64,000 nt of DNA from an uncultured Clostridia bacterium (GTDB taxonomy: Bacteria > Bacillota > Clostridia > TANB77 > CAG-508), in NCBI GenBank assembly GCA_963931085.1, contig OZ006973.1, positions 1,200,497 through 1,264,496 on the forward strand. Direction: 5' to 3'. Positions 20,541-30,570 of the stretch are shown one piece after another. Position 1 is the first letter of the stretch, and each line of letters opens with the position of its first letter. Both the position numbers and the translations under genes were made by a program. Below the pieces are notes generated by a model. It searched no databases, was not told the origin of the DNA, and was given only the letters and a program-made list of their open reading frames with translations.

Positions 20541-22022
20541 TTATCTGTTCTTTATATCTCCTTTTATAAAAAATACAAAAGTAGGAATTAATATTAATAT
20601 AAAATATATTAGAATTATTGCTATAGAAAAATTTACATTCATTACTTCAAACTCTGGAAGTTTACCAAATAAGTAGTTAGATAAATCCCAGTTAGTAGTT
20701 AAAAAATATCTAGTATATAAAATTGTTTTTTCATTAATACCTGTAACACCCAATATATTAAAAAAATATACAAATATAGGAGCTATAGATGCAATTATTG
20801 TACTTCCAAATATTGTACTACATCCAAAAGCTATAATACAAATTGATAAAAACATTGGCAATTTTAAAGCAAATTGAACACATAAGTATTCAAACATATT
20901 CATTGATACTATTCTTTCTTCATTAAAATTATAAATTATCATTGGAATATTTAATGTATCCGTTCCATAAATCATTATGTTTGAAATGCATACCATTAAA
21001 ACAACTAAAACTGTAATTGTAATCATCACACATATTGATGCAACAAATTTTGACACTATTATTTGCATTCTTGTGTATGGTCTTATTAATAATTGTTTTA
21101 TCGTTCCTTTATTATATTCTTCACTAACAATTACAGCTGTCACTAAAATAATTAATAAGACGATATATATCTGTTGATTTTCAAGATTAAATACACTTCC
21201 AATTCTATATCTTGATGTATATGTGTTTTGTATATCTTGTTTATTTTCTATTATGTAAATACTTTTAGCTTGTCTTTCTTTAAATTGCTGATATGCTAAT
21301 TTATTTGTATATTCATCATCATTATTATTTTTAATATAATATAATCCCATTGTAGAAAGCTCATACTCTTGTATTGCCTCATTTAAATAATCAAAAGCAA
21401 ATGGAATATTTTCTTTAATTCTCATCTCTAATGAACTTATTTTCACTTCATTCTCGCGTATAATCTCTTTAATTTCTTTCTCGTCATATAAATTATCTTT
21501 ATTTGTTTTTATATCTTCTATGTTTCCTTCGTATTTTGAAATTAAAAGTTTAGCAAATTCTATCCAATCATTATTCTTAAAAATATTATTAATAGAATCA
21601 AATTTTTTCTTTGATTCTTCTTGATCTATAATTTCTTCAAATTCATATTTTTCTCCTTCAAAGCAAATTTTTTGTTGTTCTAAAAAAACATAATCAAAAA
21701 ACATATCATGTGCTATATTATTACTTTGAAAATAAACTTGCATCTGCCATGATTCTTCTCCATAATTATCTTTGATACTTTTTGCAATTTCAATATCTGT
21801 CTTCAATCTTGTATATTCTACTAATCCTTGATATGTCGTTGTATCAATAGAACTAATTTCTAAATTTTTATTTGTAATATATATCCAATATTCGCTATAT
21901 TCTTCTTCTTTTTGAGATTTATATGTAGTATAAAAAATAGCTATAAAAATTAATAGTAGTATTATATATAAACTTTTTTTTGAAAAAATTTTAATAAGTT
22001 CATTTTTAATTAATTTAATCAA
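20541..22022 (-). CDS. ABC-2 type transporter permease with a large extracytoplasmic loop
   Basis: 493 aa. N-terminal TM, ~250-aa hydrophilic loop, then 5 C-terminal TM helices. Overlaps the ATPase gene end. Confidence 0.55.
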   Translation of the reverse strand: MIKLIKNELIKIFSKKSLYIILLLIFIAIFYTTYKSQKEEEYSEYWIYITNKNLEISSIDTTTYQGLVEYTRLKTDIEIAKSIKDNYGEESWQMQVYFQSNNIAHDMFFDYVFLEQQKICFEGEKYEFEEIIDQEESKKKFDSINNIFKNNDWIEFAKLLISKYEGNIEDIKTNKDNLYDEKEIKEIIRENEVKISSLEMRIKENIPFAFDYLNEAIQEYELSTMGLYYIKNNNDDEYTNKLAYQQFKERQAKSIYIIENKQDIQNTYTSRYRIGSVFNLENQQIYIVLLIILVTAVIVSEEYNKGTIKQLLIRPYTRMQIIVSKFVASICVMITITVLVVLMVCISNIMIYGTDTLNIPMIIYNFNEERIVSMNMFEYLCVQFALKLPMFLSICIIAFGCSTIFGSTIIASIAPIFVYFFNILGVTGINEKTILYTRYFLTTNWDLSNYLFGKLPEFEVMNVNFSIAIILIYFILILIPTFVFFIKGDIKNR

Positions 22023-22924
22023 TTTTATTACCTCCTATCTTCTCTAAGAAGGCTTCTTCTAATGTTTGTTCCTTTTTTATTATTTCATATATTTTTATAT
22101 TTTCTTTATCTAATTTTTTAGCAAAATTAAATATCTTCTCTTTATCTATTTCTATCAAAATTGTAGTATCATCCAATATTTCTATTTTTTCGTTTTTTAT
22201 TAATTTATCTATATTATTTGCATCATTTACTTTTATAATATACTTATCATTCTTTCCTTTCAGATCATCAATTTTACTTTTTTCGATTAATCTTCCGTTT
22301 TTGTAATATACAAACCTTTGTACAAATAGACTCAATCTCTGATAAATTATGACTAGATATAATTATTCCTGTATTTTCTTTTTTTGCTATCTTTAATAAT
22401 AAATTTCTTAATTCTACAATTCCTTCTGGATCTAATCCATTTGTTGGTTCATCTAAAACTAAAATATTAGGTTTATTTAGTATAGCAGTAGCAATTCCTA
22501 ATCTTTGTTTCATTCCTAAAGAATATTTAGAAACCAAATCATTAATTCTATTTTCTAATCCTACTAATTTTATAACTTCATTTATTCTTTTATTATCTAT
22601 ATTAGGATATAAATCCGCAACTAATTTTAAATTTCTACGTCCGGATAAATAAGTATAAAAATCTGGGTTTTCTACAATTGCACCTACCCTCTCTATTGCC
22701 TTTCTAAAATTCTTATTTAAATCATATCCATTTATTAAAACATTGCCACTAGTTAATCTTTGTAATCCTAAAATTAATTTTATAATAGTGGTTTTTCCAG
22801 CTCCATTTGGACCTATTATTCCTAAAATTTCAGATTCTTTTAAATCAATATTTATATCACTTACTATTGTCTTGTTTCCTATTTTTTTACAAATGTTTTC
22901 ACACTTGAGTATTATATTTTCCAT
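22015..22924 (-). pseudogene. ABC transporter ATP-binding protein with one +1 frame disruption at an in-frame CGG near the C-terminal domain
   Basis: Walker A GPNGAGKTT, signature YSLGMKQRL, Walker B ILVLDEPT, H-loop SSHNL. At plus 22295-22297 the frame reads AAA CGG AAG...TAA, while the +1 frame reads GGA AGA TTA ATC = GRLIEKSKIDDLKGKND and continues about 100 aa. Confidence 0.8.
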
Positions 22925-23106
22925 ATTTTTTCCTCCTTGGAAATATTATATTTATTTTTACAATCTTTTACAATAATTTATTGACGTTTTTTTGCTTTTC
23001 ATGCATATTATTTGCGATTCTGTTGGTAAATACTCCTATCGACGATATCTTTATTGCCACAGAATTAGTGAACTGGTTAACTTCACAGAAAGGATAAGTG
23101 GATTTA

Positions 23107-23532
23107 ATGACAAAAAAGAAAATACTTTCGATAATCTTTTTATTTATTACCATTTTTTCAACTACAATTCCAGCATATGCTTCAGAAAATGTAAATAACT
23201 CTACTACATTTTCTGTTCGGGAAGTACCTAATACAGCATCCGGAACATATAGGGAAAAAACAGAAATTCAATTTATTGTAGACGCTGATATCTTTTTAAT
23301 CACAGGTAAATCCAATCCGAAAATAACAATTTCATTATCGGGAAACTCAGATACTAAATATACCATTTGGGTAATACCTCCATATGGAGATCCAAAAAAT
23401 TCTAAAATTAACGCAGATGGTAGTTCTTGTAGTTTTTCTTTTTCGGGAAGTGGCTATTATAAAATTGAAATCTGGCCTTTTGAAGGAAATGTTGGAAGTA
23501 GCACAGTAACTGCAAACATAAGCACAAAATAA
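23107..23532 (+). CDS. small secreted protein (signal peptide), hypothetical
   Basis: 141 aa from the ATG. KKKILSIIFLFITIFSTTIPAYASE is a Sec signal. It contains the only intact in-frame CGG (Arg) seen in an AT-rich gene in this window, at 23218-23220. Confidence 0.5.
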   Translation: MTKKKILSIIFLFITIFSTTIPAYASENVNNSTTFSVREVPNTASGTYREKTEIQFIVDADIFLITGKSNPKITISLSGNSDTKYTIWVIPPYGDPKNSKINADGSSCSFSFSGSGYYKIEIWPFEGNVGSSTVTANISTK

Positions 23533-23577
23533 TTTTTCTGAAACTAGTATAATTATTACTTTTCATTAACCAGTTCA

Positions 23578-23612
23578 CAAAAGGCTCCTTGTTTTTGGAG
23601 CCTTTTTTATTT
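23578..23612 (+). terminator. rho-independent terminator of the secreted-protein gene
   Basis: AGGCTCC-TTGTTTTT-GGAGCCT followed by T6. Confidence 0.6.
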
Positions 23613-23613
23613 G

Positions 23614-23655
23614 AATAAATAAAGGTCTAGCTTTATATAAGTTAGACCTTTAATA
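23614..23655. repeat. copy B of the 42-bp direct repeat
   Basis: Exact match to 20476-20517. Confidence 0.85.
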
Positions 23656-23656
23656 C

Positions 23657-23803
23657 TTATAGAGCAGTTACACCCATTTTCTTCATTAATCTTTTTCCTG
23701 TTTTCATCATCTTTTTCTTATTTGCTTTTATAGAATCTCCATAAGTCATTAGCACTCCAGCAGTAATAGCTGAACCAATTATTGCACCTTTTATAAAATT
23801 CAT
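23657..23803 (-). CDS. small (48-aa) hypothetical protein not present in the supplied ORF track
   Basis: RBS GGAGGTAGTGAT before the ATG at 23803. Encodes MNFIKGAIIGSAITAGVLMTYGDSIKANKKKMMKTGKRLMKKMGVTAL. Confidence 0.4.
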   Translation of the reverse strand: MNFIKGAIIGSAITAGVLMTYGDSIKANKKKMMKTGKRLMKKMGVTAL

Positions 23804-23840
23804 ATCACTACCTCCAATATTTATATTTTATACAATATTA

Positions 23841-24219
23841 TTATCTGCTAGTTTTATTTAATATATACTTTTTGAAATATGCATATATTTCATAAAATGT
23901 TATTATTAATAAGAAAAAAATAAAAGCTTTTCTTAAAAAATTATCTGGTACCTTAAAAGCAATCTGGCTTCCAATGATAGCTCCAATAATTCCTAAAAAT
24001 ATTATAATTACCGATAATTTCAAATCAATATTTTTTCTTTTTAAATTTATAAAAATTGCAATTAACGCAGTAGGAACAAAAAATATTAAATTAATTCCTT
24101 GAATCATTTTTTGAGAATTCTCTGTAAAAACTGATAAAAGAAGTATTAAAATACTCCCTCCTCCCATTCCGAAGCGAAGCTATAGTCCCAGCAATAATTC
24201 CAAATAGAATCTCAATCAT
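23841..24219 (-). pseudogene. sulfite-exporter TauE/SafE-family small permease (second of a tandem pair) with one +1 frame disruption at an in-frame CGG
   Basis: RBS AAAGGGTGG before ATG MIEILFGIIAGTIASL. The frame then reads CTT CGG AAT...stop, while the +1 frame reads GGA ATG GGA GGA GGG = GMGGGSILILLLSVF..., the TauE G-rich motif. Shift site is plus 24168-24170. Confidence 0.75.
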
Positions 24220-24231
24220 TTTCCACCCTTT

Positions 24232-24615
24232 TTATTTAAAACTCATTCTAATAATACTATATACTAAAAATATAATAAAACTTAAATTTAAATACTTTTC
24301 GCTTAATCTATGAAGTAAATGACTTCCTATTATACTACCAATTACGCCTCCTAAAGCACATCTAATTGCCACTTCAAAGTTTATGTCCATATTAAGATTA
24401 TATAAGATTCCTGTAACAAATACGATTGGAAGCATACAAAAGATTGTAGTAGCTCTTGCTCTTTTTTCATCTAAATCTAATAAACTAGAAAAAGCTAGAA
24501 CAAATATCAGTCCTCCTCCTGAAGAAAAAAGACCACTAATTATTCCAGCTACAATTCCTATAATTATTATTTTTATAATTTGTTTTTTATTATATTTTTT
24601 TAATATGTTTTCCAT
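24232..24615 (-). CDS. sulfite-exporter TauE/SafE-family small permease (first of the tandem pair)
   Basis: 127 aa, 4 TM helices, with the GIVAGIISGLFSSGGGLIFV TauE signature. Confidence 0.65.
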   Translation of the reverse strand: MENILKKYNKKQIIKIIIIGIVAGIISGLFSSGGGLIFVLAFSSLLDLDEKRARATTIFCMLPIVFVTGILYNLNMDINFEVAIRCALGGVIGSIIGSHLLHRLSEKYLNLSFIIFLVYSIIRMSFK

Positions 24616-24643
24616 ATTAATATTTTTTTATTTTTTAAAAAAA

Positions 24644-25894
24644 TTATTCAATATCTTTTACATTTTCATCTTTTATAAAATATTTTGTTCCAAGCATCTT
24701 ATCAGGAAGATACTGTTGCTCAACATAATGACCTGGATAATCATGAGGATACTTATATCCTTCTCCATACCCAAACTCTTCCATACCACTTGCTGGTGCA
24801 TTCCTAATATGCATTGGTATTGTTCCTGTATCTTTTGTAGATACATCTTCTAATGCTTTATTTATTGCATTATAACTTGCATTTGATTTTTTTGAATTTG
24901 CTACATAAAGTGCCGCTTCTGCCAATATTATCCTAGCCTCTGGCATTCCTACCATTGTGACTGCCTGCATAGCAGCTGTTGCAACAACTAATGCATTAGG
25001 ATTTGCAAGTCCCACATCTTCTGAAGCTTGTATTACTATTCTTCTTGCAATAAATACTGGATCTTCTCCACCATTTAAAGCTCTTGCTAAATAAAATATA
25101 GTAGCATCTGGATCGCTACCTCTCATAGATTTTATAAATGCACTAATATTATCATAATGGCTATCACCATTTTTATCAAAAATAGCTTTTCTTTTATTTA
25201 AAGATTCTTTTGCTATTTCATTTGTAATTTCTATTACACCGTCTTTGTTCATATTAGTAGTAAGTACAGCAATTTCTAATCCATTTAAAGCAGTTCTTAC
25301 ATCTCCACCAGAAACTTCTGCAATCTTTTCTATTGTTTCATCAGAAATTTTTATATTATACATTCCTAGCCCTTCTGGACTTTTTAGGGCATTTTTTAAA
25401 ATCTGTATAATATTTTCCTTTTTAAGTGGTTCTAATTTTATTACCATAGATCTTGAAATCAAAGCTTTATTAACTTCAAAATATGGATTTTCAGTAGTTG
25501 CTCCAATTAAGATTACAGTACCATTTTCAACATATGGTAAAAGAGCATCCTGCTGAAGTTTATTAAATCTATGTATCTCATCTATAAATAATATACATTT
25601 TCCACTTGGATTCAATAATGGATTTTCTGCATCTGCTATAGCATTTTTTATATCTCCAACTCCTGCAGTTACCGCATTAATCTTTGTAAACTTATATTTT
25701 GTAGTTTCACTAATTACTTTTGCAAGAGATGTTTTACCACATCCCGGAGGTCCCCATAATATAATACTTGATAATCTATCTGCTTTTATAGTTCTATATA
25801 AAAGTTTATCTTTTCCAAGTATATGTTCTTGTCCTACAAATTCATCTAATGTTTTAGGTCTCATTCTAAAAGCAAGTGGTTGATCTAAATTCAT
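24644..25894 (-). CDS. rarA: replication-associated recombination protein A (AAA+ ATPase MgsA/RarA)
   Basis: 416 aa. Walker A GPPGCGKTS, Walker B LFIDEIHRFNK, plus the MgsA C-terminal helical domain. Confidence 0.9.
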   Translation of the reverse strand: MNLDQPLAFRMRPKTLDEFVGQEHILGKDKLLYRTIKADRLSSIILWGPPGCGKTSLAKVISETTKYKFTKINAVTAGVGDIKNAIADAENPLLNPSGKCILFIDEIHRFNKLQQDALLPYVENGTVILIGATTENPYFEVNKALISRSMVIKLEPLKKENIIQILKNALKSPEGLGMYNIKISDETIEKIAEVSGGDVRTALNGLEIAVLTTNMNKDGVIEITNEIAKESLNKRKAIFDKNGDSHYDNISAFIKSMRGSDPDATIFYLARALNGGEDPVFIARRIVIQASEDVGLANPNALVVATAAMQAVTMVGMPEARIILAEAALYVANSKKSNASYNAINKALEDVSTKDTGTIPMHIRNAPASGMEEFGYGEGYKYPHDYPGHYVEQQYLPDKMLGTKYFIKDENVKDIE

Positions 25895-25907
25895 AATACA
25901 TCCCTTC

Positions 25908-26510
25908 CTATTTATTATTAGATAATAATACTAATCCTTTTTTAATAATATCTTCTGTTGATAGTCCAGATAAATCGGCTTTTTCAAAAGCTAAATCTAT
26001 CTCTCTTCTTGAGTATCCTAAAACTTGAAGTGCAGAAATTGCTTCATTCAATCCTTCAACTTCTTTTATTTCTTTTTCTATCTCTTCTTTATTTCTTTCA
26101 ATTTCTTCAGATTTTAGTTTATCTTTTAATTCTAATATTATTCTTTGCGCTGTTTTCTTTCCTATTCCAGGAATTTTTGTCATTCTATCTACATCATCTG
26201 ATATTACAGCAAAAGCGAACTCTGATGGTTCAATATTAGAAAGCATCGTTATTGCAGATCTTGCTCCAATACCACTTACAGATAATAAAAGTTCAAACAT
26301 TCTTAGTTCTTCATCAGTTTTAAAACCGTAAAGACTTATCTCATCTTCTCTTACATGATAATGAGTATATACTTTTACAGTATCTCCAACATTTCCAATT
26401 TCATTTAATGATTTATCAGACATAAAAATTTTATATCCAATCCCATTACATTCTACTACTATATACCCTTTTGTTTTTACTTCTAAGCTACCTTTTATAT
26501 ATAAATACAT
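25908..26510 (-). CDS. ruvA: Holliday junction branch-migration protein RuvA
   Basis: 200 aa. OB domain followed by tandem HhH (GIGARSA, IPGIGKKTAQRI) and a C-terminal domain III. Confidence 0.9.
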   Translation of the reverse strand: MYLYIKGSLEVKTKGYIVVECNGIGYKIFMSDKSLNEIGNVGDTVKVYTHYHVREDEISLYGFKTDEELRMFELLLSVSGIGARSAITMLSNIEPSEFAFAVISDDVDRMTKIPGIGKKTAQRIILELKDKLKSEEIERNKEEIEKEIKEVEGLNEAISALQVLGYSRREIDLAFEKADLSGLSTEDIIKKGLVLLSNNK

Positions 26511-26627
26511 ATTTCCTCCTATGTGCTATTTTTTTAATTTGTGCAAACAAATTTTCTGTTTTCTTGTACATTTTATCACAAAAAAAGTTTTTTTCAAGCA
26601 TATTTTAACTTTTTAAAATAAATATAT

Positions 26628-27032
26628 TTACAGAAAAATAATACAAATTATAACTAAAATTAAAAATATTTTTGTATTCAGATAAAATCTTTCTAAATGA
26701 GTATATTTTTTTATAAAATTAAATACTATAAGTTCTGCTAAGATTATTGCTCCTATTAAAGATAAATGTGAATATATAAGTGTAAAAATTATATATAATA
26801 TTGAAAATAATATAACGATTGTTGCAAGAAGATATCTTATTTTATTTTCATCTTTTATTTTTATTTCTTCATCAATTGGGTTTATTTCATTTTCTTCATC
26901 ACAATCATCTTTCTTATTTCTTAATTTTCGAAATATGTAAATTGCATATATTATCATAAAAAATAGTATAAAAAGTACTATAAAAAATAGAAAATAACTA
27001 ATCATTATATCTACTCGAATATGGTTTTTCAT
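26628..27032 (-). CDS. small membrane protein, hypothetical
   Basis: 134 aa, 3-4 TM helices, RBS GGAGAG. Confidence 0.4.
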   Translation of the reverse strand: MKNHIRVDIMISYFLFFIVLFILFFMIIYAIYIFRKLRNKKDDCDEENEINPIDEEIKIKDENKIRYLLATIVILFSILYIIFTLIYSHLSLIGAIILAELIVFNFIKKYTHLERFYLNTKIFLILVIICIIFL

Positions 27033-27141
27033 TTTATCTCTCCATTTTTAAAAATTTTATATTTTCATTTTATACATAATAAAACATTTTTTCAATTAAA
27101 TATTTTATAAAAAACTTAAGTACATTACTTTATTTTTTCTA

Positions 27142-27170
27142 TTGAAAATTATGTAAAATGCTTATATAAT
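27142..27170 (+). promoter_or_regulatory. sigma-A-like promoter of asnS (TTGAAA-17-TATAAT)
   Basis: Hexamers at 27142-27147 and 27165-27170; RBS GGAGG before the ATG at 27207. Confidence 0.45.
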
Positions 27171-27206
27171 GTAGATGTTAATTTTATTTTACGTTCGGAG
27201 GTTTTT

Positions 27207-28598
27207 ATGGAAAATACTTTAATAAAAGATTTATTTAGAAATAAAGAAAAATATGATGGAAAAGAAATTACAGTTTCAGGATGGATAAGAACTTTAAGAG
27301 ATTCTAAAACTTTTGGATTTATTGAATTAAATGATGGAAGTTTTTTTAAGAATCTTCAAATAGTTTTTAATGATACTTTAGATAACTTTAAAGAAGTTTC
27401 TAAACTTACTATTAGTTCTTCAATAATAGTAACAGGAAAATTAATAATCACAGAAAATGCAAAACAACCTTTTGAAGTACAAGCTAATAAAATAGAAATA
27501 TTTAATGTATCAGATCAAGATTATCCTCTTCAAAAGAAAAGACATTCTGTTGAGTATTTAAGAACTGTAGCTCATCTTCGTCCAAGAACAAATACATTTA
27601 ATGCCGTATTTAGAGTACGTTCACTTTTATCTTATGCAATACATAAATTTTTCCAAGAAAGAAATTTCGTATATGTGCATTCTCCAATATTAACATCAAG
27701 TGATGCTGAAGGTGCAGGAGAAATGTTTAGAGTAACTACACTAGACTTAGAAAATGTTCCAAAAACAGATGCAGGAGAAGTAGATAATTCTAAAGACTTT
27801 TTCGGAAGACCTGCTCACCTTACTGTAAGTGGACAATTAGATGTTGAAACATATGCATTTGCATTTAGGAATGTATATACATTCGGTCCAACATTTAGAG
27901 CTGAAAATTCAAATACTGTAAAACACGCATCAGAATTTTGGATGATAGAACCAGAAATATGTTTTGCTGATTTAAAAGATGATATGAATTTAGCAGAAGA
28001 TATGGTTAAATATATTATTTCTTATGTTTTAGAGAATGCTCCAGAAGAAATGGAATTTTTCGATAAATTTATTTCTAATGGTTTGCTTGAAAGATTAAAT
28101 CATGTAGTAAATTCAGACTTTGGAAGAATTACTTATACAGATGCAATAAAAGAACTTGAAAAAGTAAATGATAAATTTGAATTTCCTGTAGAATGGGGAT
28201 CAGATATTCAAACTGAACATGAAAGATATTTAAGTGAAGTTGTATTCGGAAAACCTGTATTTGTTACTGATTATCCAAAAGAAATTAAAGCATTTTATAT
28301 GAAACAAAATGATGATGGAAAAACTGTTGCTGCAACAGACCTTTTAGTTCCTGGTATTGGAGAATTAATTGGTGGTAGTCAAAGAGAAGATGATATAGAA
28401 AAATTAAAAACTAGAATGAAAGAACTCGGACTTAAAGAAGAAGATTATTGGTGGTACTTAGATTTACGTAGATATGGAAGTGCTCCTCATGCTGGATTTG
28501 GTTTAGGATTTGAAAGAATGATGATGTACTTAACAGGAATGGCAAATATTAGAGATGTTATACCTTTCCCAAGAACACCAAAAAATTGTGAATTTTAA
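27207..28598 (+). CDS. asnS: asparaginyl-tRNA synthetase (class IIb)
   Basis: 463 aa. N-terminal anticodon-binding OB; class II motifs FRVRSLLS (motif 1), FRAENSNT (motif 2), [12 protein letters not shown] (motif 3). Confidence 0.9.
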   Translation: MENTLIKDLFRNKEKYDGKEITVSGWIRTLRDSKTFGFIELNDGSFFKNLQIVFNDTLDNFKEVSKLTISSSIIVTGKLIITENAKQPFEVQANKIEIFNVSDQDYPLQKKRHSVEYLRTVAHLRPRTNTFNAVFRVRSLLSYAIHKFFQERNFVYVHSPILTSSDAEGAGEMFRVTTLDLENVPKTDAGEVDNSKDFFGRPAHLTVSGQLDVETYAFAFRNVYTFGPTFRAENSNTVKHASEFWMIEPEICFADLKDDMNLAEDMVKYIISYVLENAPEEMEFFDKFISNGLLERLNHVVNSDFGRITYTDAIKELEKVNDKFEFPVEWGSDIQTEHERYLSEVVFGKPVFVTDYPKEIKAFYMKQNDDGKTVAATDLLVPGIGELIGGSQREDDIEKLKTRMKELGLKEEDYWWYLDLRRYGSAPHAGFGLGFERMMMYLTGMANIRDVIPFPRTPKNCEF

Positions 28599-28648
28599 AA
28601 TATCATCATTATCTAAAAAGATATAAAAAAATAAAATATAAAAAGGGA

Positions 28649-28690
28649 AACCCCCACAGGTTACAGATAACCTGCGGGGGTTCCTTTTGG
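28649..28690. terminator. GC-rich bidirectional hairpin terminator between asnS and the XRE gene
   Basis: GGAAACCCCCACAGGTTA-loop-TAACCTGCGGGGGTTCC, flanked by an A-run and a T-run. Confidence 0.65.
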
Positions 28691-28692
28691 AG

Positions 28693-28914
28693 TTAATAGT
28701 CCAAAAACCAATCAGGACGCTTGAATTTATCCGGCTTTACGATAAAATCCAGGAGCGTCATGAGACATGCAAGCTCGAACATTCCGGGCTCATCAGCGTC
28801 TGACTCAAAGTCGAGCAATCTCTGCTCTTCAATCTTCATCCGCTTCGCAAGTGCCTCTGTGCTCACTCCCTTTTTCACTCTTGCCGTTTTGATCTGCTGT
28901 CCTAATGTTGCCAT
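28693..28914 (-). CDS. XRE-family helix-turn-helix transcriptional regulator (Cro/CI-type), GC-rich islet gene
   Basis: 73 aa. GQQIKTARVKKGVSTEALAKRMKI is an HTH_XRE motif. Elevated GC. Uses CGG in-frame once (KRM). Palindromes lie in its upstream region. Confidence 0.7.
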   Translation of the reverse strand: MATLGQQIKTARVKKGVSTEALAKRMKIEEQRLLDFESDADEPGMFELACLMTLLDFIVKPDKFKRPDWFLDY

Positions 28915-29048
28915 AACACATTCCTCCTAGAATAGTCCATAGTGGACTATGTTTTTTATATAGACAAACAATATGTCTAAAATTAATTATACTACTTTTT
29001 TTAAAAAGTTTCAAATCATTAATCTATACAATAATTTTTATGATTGTG

Positions 29049-30180
29049 GGTTAGTCAATCATATGTCACACTTCTTTGAAATCAATACTGTTTGAGCACC
29101 ATATATTGTTTATACTGATTCTCCTTGACTTTTATATCTTTTTAAGAACTCGTTGGGGCTCAGCCATCCTAGCGGTCTCATTGGAAAATTATTATACTGT
29201 TTTCTCCAATCTGCTCCTCTATTTCTTAAATCTTCTAAACTATAAAATATTTTTCCATAATAAAATTGTTCTTGATCTTTTCTATGACTTCTTTCTACTC
29301 GTCCATTTTCTTTTGGTGTGTATGGCTTTATTAATTTATGCTTTATTCCTATTTTCTTTAATGTCTCTTCAAACTTTGTTTTCTTATTTTTTGCAAATGC
29401 ATTCCAACTTAATCTATTTGTAAACTCAAATCCATTATCTGTTTGAATTGTTTCTATTTTAAACGGAAAATACTTTATAACTCTTTTTACAAACTCACTT
29501 GACATATATGTGCTATGCTCATTTGTAAACCATGTGTATCGTTTTCTCGTAAATTCATCTATTGCTGTATATTGATAAAACTTTTCTCCTTTATCTTTTA
29601 ATTCTTTTGTTAAACATTCTTGTGGAACATATTTTACATCTATTTGAACTTTGTCTCCTGGAAATTTTCCTGAAGTCCATTCCATTGCTTGTTTTGCTTT
29701 CTTTTTACTTGGTGCTTTTTTATATATCCCCATTCGTCTCATCACATAATATAATCCTTGAACTGTCCTTGTGTATCCCGCTTGTCTTAATTTTATCCAT
29801 AATACTACTAATCCTGTATTTTTATTGTTTGCTTTATATTGTTTTATTAATTTTATTTCTTCTTTTGTATGTTGATTTGGATGATAGTGCGGTTTTCTTG
29901 ATTTGTCCTTTAAACTTTCTAAACTCCCATCATATTTTTTTCTCCATCTATATATTGTTCTCCTGCACTCACTATACTTAATTGCCGTTTTTGTTACACC
30001 ATATTTATAAGAAAATTTTACTACAGACTCTTTATATTTTAATCTTTGTATGATATTATTACCCATATTGAAAGAGATCACTCCTTTCTTGTTTATTTGT
30101 CGTTATTTAAACAATATCATTTGGTGTGCTCTCTTTCAATATTTTATTTTCAATTTACATGTGACATATCTATTTTAAAC
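29049..30180 (-). mobile_element. insertion sequence carrying a single DDE (rve-type) transposase, with imperfect ~23-bp terminal inverted repeats
   Basis: Left end GGTTAGTCAATCATATGTCACAC versus the right-end reverse complement GGTTTAAAATAGATATGTCACAT (15/23 identical, ATATGTCACA core). A 27-bp direct repeat lies 4-5 bp outside each end. It interrupts a GC-rich islet. Confidence 0.7.
29110..30066 (-). CDS. IS transposase, DDE/rve integrase-core family (IS481/IS30-like)
   Basis: ~318 aa. N-terminal HTH; catalytic core with D (IQTDNGFEF) and the conserved C-terminal KPYTPKENGRVERSHR motif. RBS AAAGGAGTGA. Confidence 0.8.
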   Translation of the reverse strand: MGNNIIQRLKYKESVVKFSYKYGVTKTAIKYSECRRTIYRWRKKYDGSLESLKDKSRKPHYHPNQHTKEEIKLIKQYKANNKNTGLVVLWIKLRQAGYTRTVQGLYYVMRRMGIYKKAPSKKKAKQAMEWTSGKFPGDKVQIDVKYVPQECLTKELKDKGEKFYQYTAIDEFTRKRYTWFTNEHSTYMSSEFVKRVIKYFPFKIETIQTDNGFEFTNRLSWNAFAKNKKTKFEETLKKIGIKHKLIKPYTPKENGRVERSHRKDQEQFYYGKIFYSLEDLRNRGADWRKQYNNFPMRPLGWLSPNEFLKRYKSQGESV

Positions 30181-30304
30181 CTATATTAATCTATACAATA
30201 ATTTTTATGATATAATAGCTATATTCCACTTTCGAATAATCTCTTTTTAGGCACTACATCAAAGAGCTTATTCATCGAGTAAAAAAGAGAAAGGAGGTGT
30301 CATC

Positions 30305-30544
30305 ATGTGTAGCGATATGCCTGATGGGGTATTTACCGATACTATCAAAAGCATAAAGAAAATTGGTAGTCTTGGTGAACTTGAAAGCTCAGAGATCATT
30401 CTTGATCTTGCTAGATTCGGCACATATAGTTTCGACTATTTTTGCCACTGGCAATACGAAGATTTCTGGCTAAATGCCCATCTTGGGTCAAGAGTTAAGG
30501 TAAGCATATCTAGCGGTCACATCAGCCAGATTCAGCTTATCTAG
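30305..30544 (+). CDS. hypothetical 79-aa protein, GC-rich islet gene, divergent partner of the XRE gene in the IS-interrupted islet
   Basis: Strong RBS AGAAAGGAGGTG 6 nt before the ATG. Elevated GC. No family recognized. Confidence 0.55.
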   Translation: MCSDMPDGVFTDTIKSIKKIGSLGELESSEIILDLARFGTYSFDYFCHWQYEDFWLNAHLGSRVKVSISSGHISQIQLI

Positions 30545-30570
30545 GTAAATTCGGTCCAGCACAGCGATGA

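Noticed and set aside
28829-29014. ORF 28829-29014 (minus) and 28721-28930 (plus) overlapping the XRE gene
   Set aside because: They are alternative frames of the GC-rich XRE region. The XRE frame has the HTH motif and its stop position fits the downstream terminator; the others have no support.
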